A DNA stretch of 63,982 nt, counting the filler, from a bacterium (lineage in GTDB: Bacteria; UBA9089; CG2-30-40-21; SBAY01), in the NCBI GenBank assembly GCA_040757115.1. It is 9 parts of 9 records of this genome, joined end to end, with 100 filler letters (N's around TTAATTAATTAA, not from the genome) between each part and the next. Parts side by side here need not be neighbours in the genome. Positions count along the whole stretch, not along the records: positions 1 to 7,544 come from JBFLYA010000182.1; positions 7,645 to 15,108 come from JBFLYA010000184.1; 7 more parts are not named here. One strand, 5' to 3'. A program made the position numbers and the translations under genes. The notes under the pieces are model-generated. The model saw only the letters and a program-made list of their open reading frames with translations, did not search any database and was not told the origin of the DNA. Below are positions 1 through 12,727 of the stretch, one piece after another (within the stretch, counting starts at the first letter, position 1; each line of letters opens with the position of its first letter).

Positions 1-11
1 GTTCAGTAAAA

Positions 12-125
12 TTATCTCTTTCCTTTCAGCGTTAAAATACTTGAAGCAAAGATATTACCAAATTCCTCCAACTCTTTGAGAAACCCTGCTACTTCCTTTT
101 TGAAATTTGATTTGTAATTTTGCAT
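12..125 (-). pseudogene. Internally deleted four-helix-bundle (TIGR02436-like) gene remnant, 37 aa
   Basis: Reads MQNYKSNFKKEVAGFLKELEEFGNIFASSILTLKGKR*; the C-terminus resembles that of the intact gene at 26948..27352 (EIAKMLAASILKLKSK); preceded by a TCAAATA heptamer array. Confidence 0.6.
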
Positions 126-185
126 TTCGATATTTATATTTGATATTTAATATTTGATATTTGATATTTGATATTTGATATTTAT
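101..185. repeat. Heptamer tandem repeat (TTGATAT)n
   Basis: Visible directly: tttgatat ttgatat ttgatat... Confidence 0.9.
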
Positions 186-248
186 TTATTGTCTCCCCTA
201 AATCCTATTTTGCAGACCCTTAACATAGTCTAAATGATTACTCATTTC

Positions 249-1394
249 TTATCCCCCAAATGCATCTTTAAATTTATCAAAGAAACCCTTGTCCGTTTTA
301 ATTTCACTGCCACTAATTCGACCTAATTCTTCAAAAAGTTGTTTTTGCTTCTCAGTTAATTGAGTTGGGGTAACAACGATTACTCGGACAAACTGGTCAC
401 CTCTGCCATAACCGTGCAACGAATGAATCCCTTTACCTTTTAGCCGAAAGATCTTATGAGTTTGAGTGCCTGCAGGGATTTTCATTTTAATCCTCTCGCC
501 ATCTATGGTCGGCACATTTATCTCTGTGCCCAGGGCGGCCTGGGAAAAACTTATGGGTAGCTCGCAGATAATATTATTATCTTCTCGAATAAAGGTTTTA
601 TCTTCTTTAACAAAGATAACTACATATAAATCCCCAGATTCACCTCCATGACCGCCTCCTTCGCCTTCTCCACGAAGTCTAATTTGAGAGCCTGTATCTA
701 CTCCTGCGGGAATTTTAACGCTTATCGTTCGCGTTCTTGATATTTTGGCTCGCCCCTGGCATCGTTCACAGGGTGTAGTAATAATCGTTCCCTCGCCATA
801 GCATTTATCACAGGTTTTAGCAATAGAAAAGAATCCTTGAGTATATCTCACCTGTCCAGCGCCTTTACAGGCAGGGCATTCTTTTCTCCCAACACCAGGT
901 TTCCCGCCAGTTCCATCGCAGATAGGGCAAACCTCATTACGGTCAATGGTAATTTTTCTCTCACAGCCGAATGCGGCTTCTTTTAAAGTAATTTCAAGGT
1001 CATATCTTAAATCTGCACCTCGATAAACCCTTTTTGTTCGTGCTGTTCGACCTGTTCCAAAGAAATCTCCAAATCCTCCGCCAAAAAAACTACTTAAAAT
1101 ATCTTCAATGTCTGAAAAATGTGTAAAATCAGACCAGGTAAATCCCCTATCACCAAAGATATTTTTCATCCCTTCATGACCAAACTGGTCATATTGAGTG
1201 CGTTTTTGCGGGTCGCTTAAAACCTCATATGCCTCAGCTATCTCCTTAAACTTCTCCTCTGCTTCTTTTTTATTATCTGGATTGACATCCGGATGATACT
1301 TTTTGGCTAACCGGCGATAAGCATTCTTTATCTCATCGACAGACGCATTTTTATTTACCTCTAAAACTTCATAATAATCTCTTTTTTTAGTCAA
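249..1394 (-). CDS. dnaJ: Chaperone DnaJ
   Basis: J domain with HPD, G/F-rich region, four CxxCxGxG-type repeats; follows dnaK. Confidence 0.98.
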   Translation of the reverse strand: MTKKRDYYEVLEVNKNASVDEIKNAYRRLAKKYHPDVNPDNKKEAEEKFKEIAEAYEVLSDPQKRTQYDQFGHEGMKNIFGDRGFTWSDFTHFSDIEDILSSFFGGGFGDFFGTGRTARTKRVYRGADLRYDLEITLKEAAFGCERKITIDRNEVCPICDGTGGKPGVGRKECPACKGAGQVRYTQGFFSIAKTCDKCYGEGTIITTPCERCQGRAKISRTRTISVKIPAGVDTGSQIRLRGEGEGGGHGGESGDLYVVIFVKEDKTFIREDNNIICELPISFSQAALGTEINVPTIDGERIKMKIPAGTQTHKIFRLKGKGIHSLHGYGRGDQFVRVIVVTPTQLTEKQKQLFEELGRISGSEIKTDKGFFDKFKDAFGG

Positions 1395-1452
1395 AATCCA
1401 CTACACCTTCTCCCTTTTTAGCGTTCAGACCTGTCTCACGAATCTGACATAC

Positions 1453-3378
1453 TTATTTTTTCTCTTCATCTTCTACTTTAAACTCCGCATCTACCACATC
1501 TTCCTTTTTCCCTTCAGGTTCTTGTTTTGGCGGTGTTTGTTCTTCTCTTTGTGCTTGTGCTTGTTGTTGTGCAGAGGCTTGTTTATACATCTCTTCGGCT
1601 ATTTTATAGGAGGCAGTAGTTAGTTCTTCCATTGCCTTTTTAACGGCATCAGTATCTTTACCTTCTAATGTTGCTTTTAAGTTTGCAATCTTATCCTCAA
1701 TATTTTTCCGCTCATCTGCAGAAACCTTATCTCCATATTCTTTTAGTGTTTTTTCTGTGGTATAGATTAAAGTATCTGCCTGATTGCGAATTTCTATCTC
1801 TTCTCTTTTCTTTTTATCTTCTTCTGCATGACCTTCTGCCTCTTTGACCATTTTTTCAACATCATCTTTAGATAAACCACTGGATGGTGTTATTTTTATC
1901 GCCTGTTCTTTTCCAGTGCCAAGGTCTTTTGCTGAAACGCTCACAATTCCATTCGCATCAATGTCAAAAGTTACCTCAATTTGAGGTATCCCTCTTGGTG
2001 CCGGCGGAATACCAACCAGGTCAAACCTACCCAGACTTTTCATACCGTGGTCATAGACCATAGCCCGTTCACCCTGTAAGACATTAATGGTTACTGCGGT
2101 CTGATTATCTGAGGCGGTTGAGAATATTTGAGATTTTTTCGTTGGAATGGTGGTATTTCGCTCAATTAATTTAGTAAATACCTGTCCCAGAGTCTCTATG
2201 CCAAGAGATAGAGGCGTTACATCCAGCAGAAGAACATCTTTCACCTCGCCTTTCAAGACACCGGCTTGAATAGCCGCACCAACAGCCACTACCTCATCTG
2301 GATTCACACCTTTATGCGGCTCTTTACCAAATAATTCTTTGACTACCTGTTGAACTCTGGGCATTCTGGTCTGTCCACCAACTAAAACCACTTCATCCAT
2401 CTCTGTAGGTTTAAATCCTGCATCCTTTAGTGCCTGATGGCAAGGACCGATGGTTTTATCAACTAAATCATCAACCAATTCTTCTAATTTAGCTCGGGTT
2501 AAGGTAAGATTGAAATGTTTAGGTCCTGAGGCATCTGCGGTAATAAATGGTAAATTAACATCAGTCGAAATGGTTGTAGATAACTCACACTTGGCTTTTT
2601 CAGCGGCTTCTTTTAAGCGTTGGAGTGCCATTTTGTCTTTACGCAAATCAATTCCCTGCTCTTTTTTAAACTCGTCACAAAGATAATCTATTACTCTCTG
2701 GTCAAAGTCATCTCCGCCAAGATGGGTATCACCGTTAGTTGCCTTAACCTCAAAAACACCTTCGCCAATTTCCAGGATAGAAATATCAAATGTTCCGCCT
2801 CCCAAATCATAAACGGCTATCTTTTCATTTTTCTTCTTATCCAATCCATAGGCTAAAGACGCGGCGGTTGGTTCGTTAATTATTCGTAATACCTCAAGCC
2901 CAGCAATTTTACCGGCATCTTTCGTTGCCTGTCGTTGAGAATCATTAAAATACGCCGGCACAGTAATGACCGCCTGGGTTACTTTCTCACCAAGATAACT
3001 TTCTGCATCCTCTTTTAATTTCCGTAAAATCATCGAGGAAACTTCGGGTGGTGAATACTCTTTGTCTATGACCTTCACCCCGGCATCACCATTTTTTGCC
3101 TCGATAACTTTAAATGGCACCTCAGAAATCTCTCTGCCGACCTCGGCGTATTTTCTTCCCATAAATCGTTTAATGGAATAGACAGTATTTTCCGGATTAG
3201 TAATTGCCTGCCTTTTAGCTATCTGGCCAACCAATCTTTCACCTGTTTTGGTAAAGCCAACGACCGATGGAGTAGTTCTTCCACCCTCGACATTGGCAAT
3301 TACCTTTGGTTCACCACCTTCCATAATGGCTAAGCAAGAGTTAGTAGTTCCTAAATCAATTCCGACTACCTTTGACAT
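1453..3378 (-). CDS. dnaK: Chaperone DnaK (Hsp70)
   Basis: [25 protein letters not shown] motifs. Confidence 0.99.
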   Translation of the reverse strand: MSKVVGIDLGTTNSCLAIMEGGEPKVIANVEGGRTTPSVVGFTKTGERLVGQIAKRQAITNPENTVYSIKRFMGRKYAEVGREISEVPFKVIEAKNGDAGVKVIDKEYSPPEVSSMILRKLKEDAESYLGEKVTQAVITVPAYFNDSQRQATKDAGKIAGLEVLRIINEPTAASLAYGLDKKKNEKIAVYDLGGGTFDISILEIGEGVFEVKATNGDTHLGGDDFDQRVIDYLCDEFKKEQGIDLRKDKMALQRLKEAAEKAKCELSTTISTDVNLPFITADASGPKHFNLTLTRAKLEELVDDLVDKTIGPCHQALKDAGFKPTEMDEVVLVGGQTRMPRVQQVVKELFGKEPHKGVNPDEVVAVGAAIQAGVLKGEVKDVLLLDVTPLSLGIETLGQVFTKLIERNTTIPTKKSQIFSTASDNQTAVTINVLQGERAMVYDHGMKSLGRFDLVGIPPAPRGIPQIEVTFDIDANGIVSVSAKDLGTGKEQAIKITPSSGLSKDDVEKMVKEAEGHAEEDKKKREEIEIRNQADTLIYTTEKTLKEYGDKVSADERKNIEDKIANLKATLEGKDTDAVKKAMEELTTASYKIAEEMYKQASAQQQAQAQREEQTPPKQEPEGKKEDVVDAEFKVEDEEKK

Positions 3379-3401
3379 AATCTATCATCCTCCTTATTTT
3401 T

Positions 3402-3537
3402 GGTAATTGGTAATTGGTAACTGGTAATTGGTTAGATGGCTTCGTCCTGAGCTCAGCCAAACAGTATTTAATTACCATTTGCCAATCACCAATTACCAGA
3501 ATTAAATTCCGTGCGTTATTTGTTCAACACGACACCA
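3402..3537 (-). mobile_element. MITE-like element with inverted GGTAA(T/C)T heptamer arrays; overlaps the grpE 3' end
   Basis: Reverse complement matches 20536..20655 (GTGTCGTGTTGAACAAATAACGCACGGAATTT...CTCAGGACGAA). Confidence 0.7.
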
Positions 3538-4094
3538 GGGTTAGTCACGGCTACCTGTGCTGGTCTGATAACTCGATTATTAAATAAGTAGCCTTTTCTT
3601 AATTCCTGAGCAACTGTATGTTCAGGATATTCATCAGATTGTATTTGCATTAATGCCTCATGGATATTTGGGTCAAAAGGCTTGCCAATGGTTTCTATTT
3701 CTACAAGTCCATTTTTTACAAGGACATCTTCTAATTGTTTATAAATTAATTCCATCCCCTGTAAAAAAGCCTCTAAATTATGGGTTTGGTGTTCCTCGTT
3801 CAATGCCCGGTTGAAACTATCCATTACCGGCAGTAATTCACATATTAACCTTTCATTAGCTAATTTTATAAATTCTGCCCTTTGTTTTTCTTCACGCTTT
3901 TTATAGTTTTCAAATTCTGCTTTAAGTCGGCGAAGATGGTCTAAATATTCATCAGCAAGGATTTTCTGTTTTTCAAACTCAGCTAACTCTTGTTTTGTAA
4001 TACTTACTTTTTCTTCAACCTTCTCAATCTCAATATGTTCTTCTGGTTGTGTAATAATTTTTTTCTTTGACAAATTTTTCCCCTCTCTAATCAT
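3516..4094 (-). CDS. grpE: Nucleotide exchange factor GrpE
   Basis: RLKAEFENYKKR, FDPNIHEA, KGY..RVIRPA motifs; upstream of dnaK. Confidence 0.97.
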   Translation of the reverse strand: MIREGKNLSKKKIITQPEEHIEIEKVEEKVSITKQELAEFEKQKILADEYLDHLRRLKAEFENYKKREEKQRAEFIKLANERLICELLPVMDSFNRALNEEHQTHNLEAFLQGMELIYKQLEDVLVKNGLVEIETIGKPFDPNIHEALMQIQSDEYPEHTVAQELRKGYLFNNRVIRPAQVAVTNPGVVLNK

Positions 4095-4118
4095 ACCACA
4101 TTTTTAAATTAAATTCAA

Positions 4119-4406
4119 CTATTTTTTCGTGGTGGAGACTTTATCTTTTTTAGAATCAGGCTTTTTAGGTTCAGGTTCTTTGTAGCCTATTTCTTTTTTT
4201 TCCGCCTCGACATAACTTTTGCTTTTCTGAACATAATCTGTGGCATAGAAGCCTGAGCCTTTAAATAGAAATCCTGCTCCTCCTGTAAATACCCTTTTAA
4301 CCTCTGCTTTACATTCAGGGCATTTTTTTAGAGGTTCATCTGTAATTTTTTGAAATTCCTCAAATCTAAATCCACATTTTAGGCATTCATATTCATAAGT
4401 TGGCAT
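4119..4406 (-). CDS. FmdB-family zinc-ribbon regulatory protein
   Basis: MPTYEYECxxC...CPEC...FKGSGFYATDY signature. Confidence 0.9.
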   Translation of the reverse strand: MPTYEYECLKCGFRFEEFQKITDEPLKKCPECKAEVKRVFTGGAGFLFKGSGFYATDYVQKSKSYVEAEKKEIGYKEPEPKKPDSKKDKVSTTKK

Positions 4407-4484
4407 TTTCGCATCACCTACTTAAGTTGGTAATTGGTAATTGGTAACTGGTAACTAAATAGTATTCACCCCTTACCAATCACC

Positions 4485-4522
4485 AAAAAACAAGGAGTGG
4501 GAGTTTTTAGTTCCCACTCCTT
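4485..4522 (-). terminator. Intrinsic terminator after groEL
   Basis: AAGGAGTGGGA/TCCCACTCCTT 11-bp stem followed by a T run on the minus strand. Confidence 0.75.
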
Positions 4523-4551
4523 AAAATTTTTTCTCACTGCTCACTACTTAC

Positions 4552-6198
<1,647 letters not shown>

Positions 6199-6367
6199 TT
6201 ATCTTTTGGTAATTAGTAACTGGTGAATGGTAATTAGTCACCATTTAACCACTTACTTTTAATTTCGTGAAGCCCTATTGATTTTGCCTTGAGTCAAGTC
6301 TACAACTGAATTGTCGATTTCTGGATTTTTTTTAATTTACAATTCGCAATTTGCAATCATAAACTCC

Positions 6368-6661
6368 TTATTCGATAATCCCAAAAATATCATCTTCTCG
6401 CATAATGAGATATTCTTTGTCATCAAGTTTTACCTCTGTTCCGGCATATTTTCCAAAGAGAATCCTGTCTCCTGCCTTTACATCCAACGGTTTTATTTCA
6501 CCACTTTCTAATCTTTTCCCGGTTCCAACAGCAATTATCTTACCCTCCTGAGGTTTCTCTTTAGCCGTATCCGGGATGATAATTCCTCCCTTGACCTGTT
6601 CCTTTTCCTCCATTCTTTCAACTAACACTCTGTCTCCTAACGGTTTAAGTTTCATTGTCAA
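6368..6661 (-). CDS. groS: Co-chaperonin GroES
   Basis: [10 protein letters not shown]...[13 protein letters not shown]. Confidence 0.98.
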   Translation of the reverse strand: MTMKLKPLGDRVLVERMEEKEQVKGGIIIPDTAKEKPQEGKIIAVGTGKRLESGEIKPLDVKAGDRILFGKYAGTEVKLDDKEYLIMREDDIFGIIE

Positions 6662-6798
6662 ATTCCTCCTTTCTTATTTTAATTTTGGATTTTGAATTGG
6701 TTTCAATTCACAATTTCCAATCCAGAATTTTAAATTTCCCTCCCATTTGATAATCTAACTTCCCTTTCTATTAATCACCCCCCTTAATTTATTCAAAA

Positions 6799-6825
6799 TT
6801 AGCACTCTCTTTTCTTGAGTGCTAA
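6799..6825. promoter_or_regulatory. CIRCE element (HrcA operator)
   Basis: Exact TTAGCACTC-N9-GAGTGCTAA immediately downstream of the groES promoter. Confidence 0.97.
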
Positions 6826-6826
6826 A

Positions 6827-6855
6827 ATTATAACACAAGATATTTTTGTTGTCAA
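6827..6855 (-). promoter_or_regulatory. Sigma70 promoter of the groESL-grpE-dnaKJ operon
   Basis: TTGACA-N17-TATAAT with TG extended -10 on the minus strand. Confidence 0.9.
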
Positions 6856-6885
6856 GAAAATTTTTTACTTATTCAAGAAAATTTG

Positions 6886-7368
6886 GGTGGTGTCTGAAAA
6901 TAGCTAATCTCCTCTAACTGGATAGGTAAACCATTTCTCTATACTCCAAAGATGGTCAGTTAGTCCAGCAGCCATGGCCGAAGTTCGCTTCTGCCAGTAT
7001 CCCTCTATGTCCTTTATTCGTAATGTTCGCACTATCCAACAAAAATTGTAGCTGAATCCAATGAAGTAAGAGATTGCATTATGCAGATTCCACTCCTTCG
7101 AAAAGCAATAACTCTTACGCTTCTTTCGTGAGTTCTTCCCACGATCCGTACCATTGTTTCGTTCCACAAATGAGGTATTAATTGTAGTACTCACCCTCGA
7201 GCGTGCAAGCAATCTCTCCAACAATTTCACTGTGCCAAATACAATCGTTTTCACCACTTTGACCACACGACCTTTCTCCCGCTTTTTGCTCACTGTAGCA
7301 TAACACAAATCCTCTGGCATTTTTTTCTCAGACTTTGAGGAATCTCCCAAATCACAATCTTCGCCCAA
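6886..7368 (-). mobile_element. IS1-family transposase C-terminal fragment (ORF 6904..7368) with terminal repeat GGTGGTGTCTGAAAATAGCT
   Basis: INTSFVERNNGTDR...RKSYCFSK...YNFC...RTSAMAAGLTDHLWS motifs; the same terminal sequence recurs at 63897 and, reversed, at 16026..16047. Confidence 0.75.
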
Positions 7369-7544
7369 CTTCGCCGCTTAAAAAAATAAGTCTTGTATTA
7401 TCAACAACTTACAGAGTAGAGAGGTTGAGTTTTGGCACTACAGTATGAATCCCCACAAAATGATTTGACTGTTTTCCCTGGTTGATAAGGTAACTCCAGG
7501 GCATTATAAATCTCTTGATGAGATAATTCAGCCTTTGAGGATTT

Positions 7545-7644
7545 NNNNNNNNNNNNNNNNNNNNNNNNNNNNNNNNNNNNNNNNNNNNTTAATTAATTAA
7601 NNNNNNNNNNNNNNNNNNNNNNNNNNNNNNNNNNNNNNNNNNNN
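7545..7644. other. Artificial contig linker; others at 15109, 22670, 30186, 37641, 45076, 52483, 59887
   Basis: 100-nt N blocks containing TTAATTAATTAA (stops in all frames); contig lengths between them decrease monotonically. Confidence 0.95.
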
Positions 7645-7650
7645 AAGGAC

Positions 7651-7980
7651 AACCCCCTAACCCCCTTTATTAAGGGGGAATATGTGTTCTAAACCAGAGG
7701 ATACGAGTCTGTGGATACTATACTAATTCGCTAATCTCTAATTCACTAATTCGCTATTTTCAGGGGAAACGTTCATGCCCACAGAGAGTGGACACAAAGG
7801 AAGATGAAAATGGGTTGGATGGTTTGATGGTTCAGGTGAAATCAGGCTGAAGCCTGCGGCTACCAGCCTTCCCGAGTCCCGAACCCCGAGTCCCGAGTCC
7901 CGATTTTCAGGATAAACATCCATCTCTTTAAGTTTTTACTTCTACAGTTTCATCCGTGTCCATCTGTGGCTGAATAGCTA
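7651..7980. repeat. Mosaic repeat: GC hairpin, heptamer arrays and a reverse copy (7756..7811) of the ATTTTCA...TGAAAAT hairpin unit
   Basis: Segments match 37142..37248 (reverse) and 60081..60310. Confidence 0.8.
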
Positions 7981-8004
7981 CGAAAAAATAAGGGAGTAAT
8001 CTAT

Positions 8005-9762
8005 ATGAAAAGAACTCATACTAATGGCGAATTACGACTTAAAGATGAAAATAAACAGGTTACATTGCTTGGCTGGGTCAACCGTCGACGGGACCACGGC
8101 GGATTGATATTTATTGACCTGCGAGACCGCGAAGGAATTACTCAAATTGTATTTAATCCTGAAATAGATGAGATTTCTCATGCCCAGGCTCATAACCTAA
8201 GACCTGAATTTGTCATTGGCATCCATGGCTATGTCAGACCAAGACCTAAAGGCACGGCGAACCCTAATTTACCTACGGGTGAGATTGAGGTTATTGCCAA
8301 TCATCTTGAGATTATTAATCCTTCTAAAACACCACCTTTTTTAATCGATGAGACGATAAATGTCTCAGAAGATACAAGATTAAAATATAGATTTTTAGAC
8401 CTGCGCAGACCTTCTTTACAAAAAAACCTTATTCTGAGACATAAAATATATCAGGCAACTCGAAAATATCTTGATGAGCAAGGATTTATTGAGGTAGAAA
8501 CACCAATGCTCATTAAAAGCACACCAGAAGGGGCACGGGATTATTTAGTTCCCAGTCGTGTCAATCCAGGTAAGTTTTATGCCTTACCTCAATCCCCACA
8601 ACTATTTAAACAAATTCTAATGTGTGCCGGATATGATAAATATTTTCAGATTGCCAAATGTTTTCGTGATGAAGACCTGCGGGCAGACCGCCAACCAGAA
8701 TTTACGCAGGTTGATATAGAAATGTCGTTTATTGATGAAGAGGATGTTTTTGAGGTCATCGAAGGGTTTATTGCCACGATATTTAAAGTTGGACTTGATT
8801 TAGATGTCCCAATTCCCTTTAAAAGAATTACCTTTAAAGAGGCGATGGATAAATATGGCAAGGATAGTCCGGATGTTCGCTTTGGCTTAGAGTTAGTGGA
8901 TATTACTGATCTGGCTAAGAAGAGTAAATTCCAGGTTTTTTCAAAAACCGTTGCTGGGAAAGGGCAGGTCAAAGGAATTAAAGTTCCAAAACCTGATTTT
9001 TCAAGAACTGACCTGGACTTTTTGACCTCTTTTGTCAGTATCTATCGAGCAAAAGGACTTGCCTGGTTTAAGGTCAAAGAAAAAACGCTGGAATCATCAA
9101 TTGCTAAGTTTTTCAGTGAAGAAGAACAGATGGCGATTATTGACCGATTTAAAGCAGATACGGATGATTTCCTGTTATTTGTCGCAGATACTCCAAAGGT
9201 TGTTGCCGATAGTCTGGCTAATTTGAGATTACATCTGGCAGATAAATTTAATTTAATTCCTCAAGAATTTAATTTTATCTGGGTAGTCGATGCCCCATTA
9301 GTTGAATATGATGATGAAGAAAAAAGATATGTCGCCGTCCATCATCCATTTACCTCACCAAAGGAAGAAGACTATCCATTAATCGAGACTAATCCTGGCC
9401 AGGTTCGTGCAAGGGCTTATGACCTGGTTTTAAATGGGATAGAGATAGGTGGTGGTTCAATCAGGATTCATCGCCGGGATATTCAAGAGCGGGTATTCAA
9501 ATTATTGAAGATAGAAGAAAATGAAGCAAAAGAGAAATTTGGCTTTTTATTAGAGGCATTAGAATATGGCGCCCCGCCACACGGCGGGATTGCCTTTGGA
9601 TTGGATAGATTATTACGGTTAATGGTTGGTGCTGACTCAATCCGCGAGGTAATTGCCTTCCCTAAAACACAAAGTGCTACCTGTTTGATGACCGATGCCC
9701 CATTTGAAGTATCCAATAAACAGTTGAAAGAATTAAGTATTGAAGTCAGACCCCACGAATAA
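8005..9762 (+). CDS. aspS: Aspartate-tRNA ligase
   Basis: RDHGGLIFIDLRD, FRDEDLRADRQPEFTQ, GAPPHGGIAFGLDR. Confidence 0.98.
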   Translation: MKRTHTNGELRLKDENKQVTLLGWVNRRRDHGGLIFIDLRDREGITQIVFNPEIDEISHAQAHNLRPEFVIGIHGYVRPRPKGTANPNLPTGEIEVIANHLEIINPSKTPPFLIDETINVSEDTRLKYRFLDLRRPSLQKNLILRHKIYQATRKYLDEQGFIEVETPMLIKSTPEGARDYLVPSRVNPGKFYALPQSPQLFKQILMCAGYDKYFQIAKCFRDEDLRADRQPEFTQVDIEMSFIDEEDVFEVIEGFIATIFKVGLDLDVPIPFKRITFKEAMDKYGKDSPDVRFGLELVDITDLAKKSKFQVFSKTVAGKGQVKGIKVPKPDFSRTDLDFLTSFVSIYRAKGLAWFKVKEKTLESSIAKFFSEEEQMAIIDRFKADTDDFLLFVADTPKVVADSLANLRLHLADKFNLIPQEFNFIWVVDAPLVEYDDEEKRYVAVHHPFTSPKEEDYPLIETNPGQVRARAYDLVLNGIEIGGGSIRIHRRDIQERVFKLLKIEENEAKEKFGFLLEALEYGAPPHGGIAFGLDRLLRLMVGADSIREVIAFPKTQSATCLMTDAPFEVSNKQLKELSIEVRPHE

Positions 9763-9823
9763 CTTGACTTTTATTTTTGTCTATGGTATATTTATTAAAA
9801 CTTTAAAAAAGGAGTGAAAGAAA

Positions 9824-11287
9824 ATGAAACCGAAATTAAAAGTAATAATGGTTTCACCAGAGGTAGTTCCATTTGCTAAAACAGGTGGATTAGCTGATGT
9901 TGTTGGATCTCTGCCATTAGCATTAACTAAATTAGGATGTGAGGTGCGAATTGTCCTGCCCAAATATAAAATGGTGGAAGAGTCTGAATTTAACCTGTTA
10001 GATATTGATAAGGAAGTAACCTTTAAGGTAGGTGAGACTCTTCAGAAAGCAAAAATTTTCTCCACCAAGGTCGCAGGAGTGATTACTGTTTATTTCCTTG
10101 AACATGAATATTATAACCGTGATGGACTTTATGGGACAACTGAAGAAGGGGATTATAAAGATAATCTTGAGAGATTTACTTTCTTTTGTGGTGGAACATT
10201 AGAATTACTTAAAACGATAGAATATAAACCGCAAGTTATCCATTGTCATGATTGGCAGACAGGATTAATTCCGGTGTATTTAAAAACATTGTATCAGGAT
10301 GACCCGTTTTTTGAAGGGGTAAAAACCATCTTTACTATTCATAATTTAGCCTATCAAGGTATATTTTCCAAAGATGAATTTCCAATAACAGGTCTGGATA
10401 AAAAATTGTTCACCCCGGATAGGTTAGAATTCTGGGATAAGTTAAATATCCTGAAAGGGGCTTTGATCGATGCAGATATGTTAAGTACCGTTAGTAAAGG
10501 TTATGCTCAGGAGATAATGACGACAGAATATGGTTGTGGACTGGAGGGAGTATTAATCGAAAGAAAGGATAATCTTTATGGTGTAGTTAATGGTTTAGAT
10601 TATCAAGAATGGGACCCGACTATGGATAAAGAAATTACATTAGGTTACGATATTAATACGATTAGTCGGAAAGCGAAGAATAAAAAAACACTTCAGCAAG
10701 AAAATAATTTACCCGTTGATAGTGAAGTTCCATTAATAGGGATGATTACAAGATTAGCCCCACAAAAAGGACTGGATATTTTAGCTGAGATACTGGATGA
10801 ATTGATGGCGTTGAATATCCAGTTTGTGTTGTTAGGCACAGGTGATGCGAAATACCATATAAAAATGGAAGAAATTAAAGAGAAATATCCAGATAAAGCA
10901 AGCATTCATCTCACATTTGACCCACCGTTAGCCAAGAAAATATATGCTGGTGCAGATATGTTTTTAATGCCATCTAAATATGAACCCTGTGGTTTAGGAC
11001 AACTTATTAGCCTTAGATACGGCACCATCCCTATTGTTCGGGCAACGGGTGGTTTGAAAGATACAATTACTAATTTTGACCCGCAACGCAAAATAGGAAA
11101 TGGTTTTGTCTTCGAGGAATATACATCTGAGGCATTACTTTCAATCATCAAAGAAGCAGTAAATGTTTTTTGTAACGATAAAGAATCCTGGAGAAGATTG
11201 ATTTTAAATGGTATGAGTGTGGATTTCTCCTGGGAATACTCGGCAAAAGAATATATTGAATTGTATGAAAAAGCAATGCAGAAATAA
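9824..11287 (+). CDS. glgA: Glycogen synthase
   Basis: KTGGLADV, HCHDWQT, EPCGL GT5 motifs. Confidence 0.96.
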   Translation: MKPKLKVIMVSPEVVPFAKTGGLADVVGSLPLALTKLGCEVRIVLPKYKMVEESEFNLLDIDKEVTFKVGETLQKAKIFSTKVAGVITVYFLEHEYYNRDGLYGTTEEGDYKDNLERFTFFCGGTLELLKTIEYKPQVIHCHDWQTGLIPVYLKTLYQDDPFFEGVKTIFTIHNLAYQGIFSKDEFPITGLDKKLFTPDRLEFWDKLNILKGALIDADMLSTVSKGYAQEIMTTEYGCGLEGVLIERKDNLYGVVNGLDYQEWDPTMDKEITLGYDINTISRKAKNKKTLQQENNLPVDSEVPLIGMITRLAPQKGLDILAEILDELMALNIQFVLLGTGDAKYHIKMEEIKEKYPDKASIHLTFDPPLAKKIYAGADMFLMPSKYEPCGLGQLISLRYGTIPIVRATGGLKDTITNFDPQRKIGNGFVFEEYTSEALLSIIKEAVNVFCNDKESWRRLILNGMSVDFSWEYSAKEYIELYEKAMQK

Positions 11288-11314
11288 AAAAAATAGAACA
11301 AGGGTATAGAGAAA

Positions 11315-12727
11315 ATGGTTCGAGTAAGATTTGCTCCGGCACCAACAGGATATTTGCATCTTGGAGGCGCCAGAACAGCTCTTTTTAATTGGCTTTTTGT
11401 TAAACAACAGCAGGGTAAATTCATTTTACGCATAGAAGATACGGATGTTAAACGGTCAACTGATGAGAGTGTAAATGCCATCCTCGACAGTCTGAAGTGG
11501 CTTGGCATCACCTGGGATGAGGGACCTTATTTTCAATCCCAAAGAACCCATATCTATCAAGAGTATGCAAAGAAATTATTACAGGATAATCAAGCATATT
11601 ATTGTTATTGTTCCCCATCTGAATTAGAGATTCTTCGTAAAAAGGCAACTGGGGAGGCGCCAGGATATGATGGTCGGTGTAGAAACCTGTCCCCAACTCA
11701 GCGTCAGGAATATGAATCTTCTGGCAGAAAACCCACGATTAGATTTAAATCGCCATCTGGACTAACTCAAGTAAATGATTTAATTCGAGGTAAAGTGTCT
11801 TTTGATAATGCCTTGTTTGGTGATTTTATCATTTTTAAATCAGATGGGATGCCAACTTATAATTTTGCCTGCATCATAGATGATGCCTTGATGGAGATTA
11901 CCCATGTCATTCGTGGTGAAGACCATATTTCTAACACCCCCCGCCAGATTTTATTATATCAAGCATTAGGATTTAAAATACCAGTATTTGCTCATCTACC
12001 CTTGATTTTGGGATTGGATAAAACGCCATTGAGTAAACGACATGGAGATGTTGCGATTGAACATTACCGGCAAGAAGGCTATTTGCCAGAGGCACTTATG
12101 AATTATCTCGCCCTTTTAGGTTGGTCAACGCCGCAAAGTCAGCAAATCTTTTCTAAAGAAGAATTATTAATAAAATTCTCCATAGACCGTGTCAGTAAAA
12201 ACCCCGCTATCTTTGATTTAGAAAAACTACGCTGGTTAAATGGGGAATATATCAGAAGATTAGATATAGATTCACTGACCGTGTTATGTTGGGAATACTT
12301 AAATAAAATTCGAAATTCGAAATTTGAAATTCGAAATTTGAAATTTAAAGAGATAGTAAGACTTTTTCAGGAACGGATAAAGACACTTTCAGATTTTGTT
12401 AAACAAGCAGAATTTTTCTTTGTGAACAGCCCTAAATATCACCCATCTGCCGTTGAGCAAATCCTGATGAAAGACGGCGTCCGTCAAATTTTAGAACAGG
12501 TAAAAGATAGATTGGTTCAATTAGAACCGTTTGATACGAATTCTATTGAGAAAACTATTCGTGAATTAGCCGACCAGCTAAAAATAAAAGCCTCAGACAT
12601 CATCCATCCTTTACGAGTAGCATTAACTGGAGATAAAGTTAGTCCAGGATTGTTTGAAGTAGTCGCTTTATTAGGAAAAGAAAAAGTCCAGGAAAGACTC
12701 ATTAAAAGAAGGTGGGAAAATGGATAA
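11315..12727 (+). CDS. gltX: Glutamate-tRNA ligase
   Basis: RFAPAPTGYLHLGG (HIGH) and LSKRH (KMSKS-like). Confidence 0.97.
   Translation: MVRVRFAPAPTGYLHLGGARTALFNWLFVKQQQGKFILRIEDTDVKRSTDESVNAILDSLKWLGITWDEGPYFQSQRTHIYQEYAKKLLQDNQAYYCYCSPSELEILRKKATGEAPGYDGRCRNLSPTQRQEYESSGRKPTIRFKSPSGLTQVNDLIRGKVSFDNALFGDFIIFKSDGMPTYNFACIIDDALMEITHVIRGEDHISNTPRQILLYQALGFKIPVFAHLPLILGLDKTPLSKRHGDVAIEHYRQEGYLPEALMNYLALLGWSTPQSQQIFSKEELLIKFSIDRVSKNPAIFDLEKLRWLNGEYIRRLDIDSLTVLCWEYLNKIRNSKFEIRNLKFKEIVRLFQERIKTLSDFVKQAEFFFVNSPKYHPSAVEQILMKDGVRQILEQVKDRLVQLEPFDTNSIEKTIRELADQLKIKASDIIHPLRVALTGDKVSPGLFEVVALLGKEKVQERLIKRRWENG

Noticed and set aside
7545-7644. TTAATTAATTAA motif and any gene linkage across the N blocks, such as FadL/cyclase with the SPASM cluster
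   Set aside because: Artificial linkers joining length-sorted contigs
7738-7923. Small ORFs at 7738, 16808, 40024, 60018, 60094 and antisense ORFs inside long genes
   Set aside because: Repeat-derived or shadow frames with no coding signal
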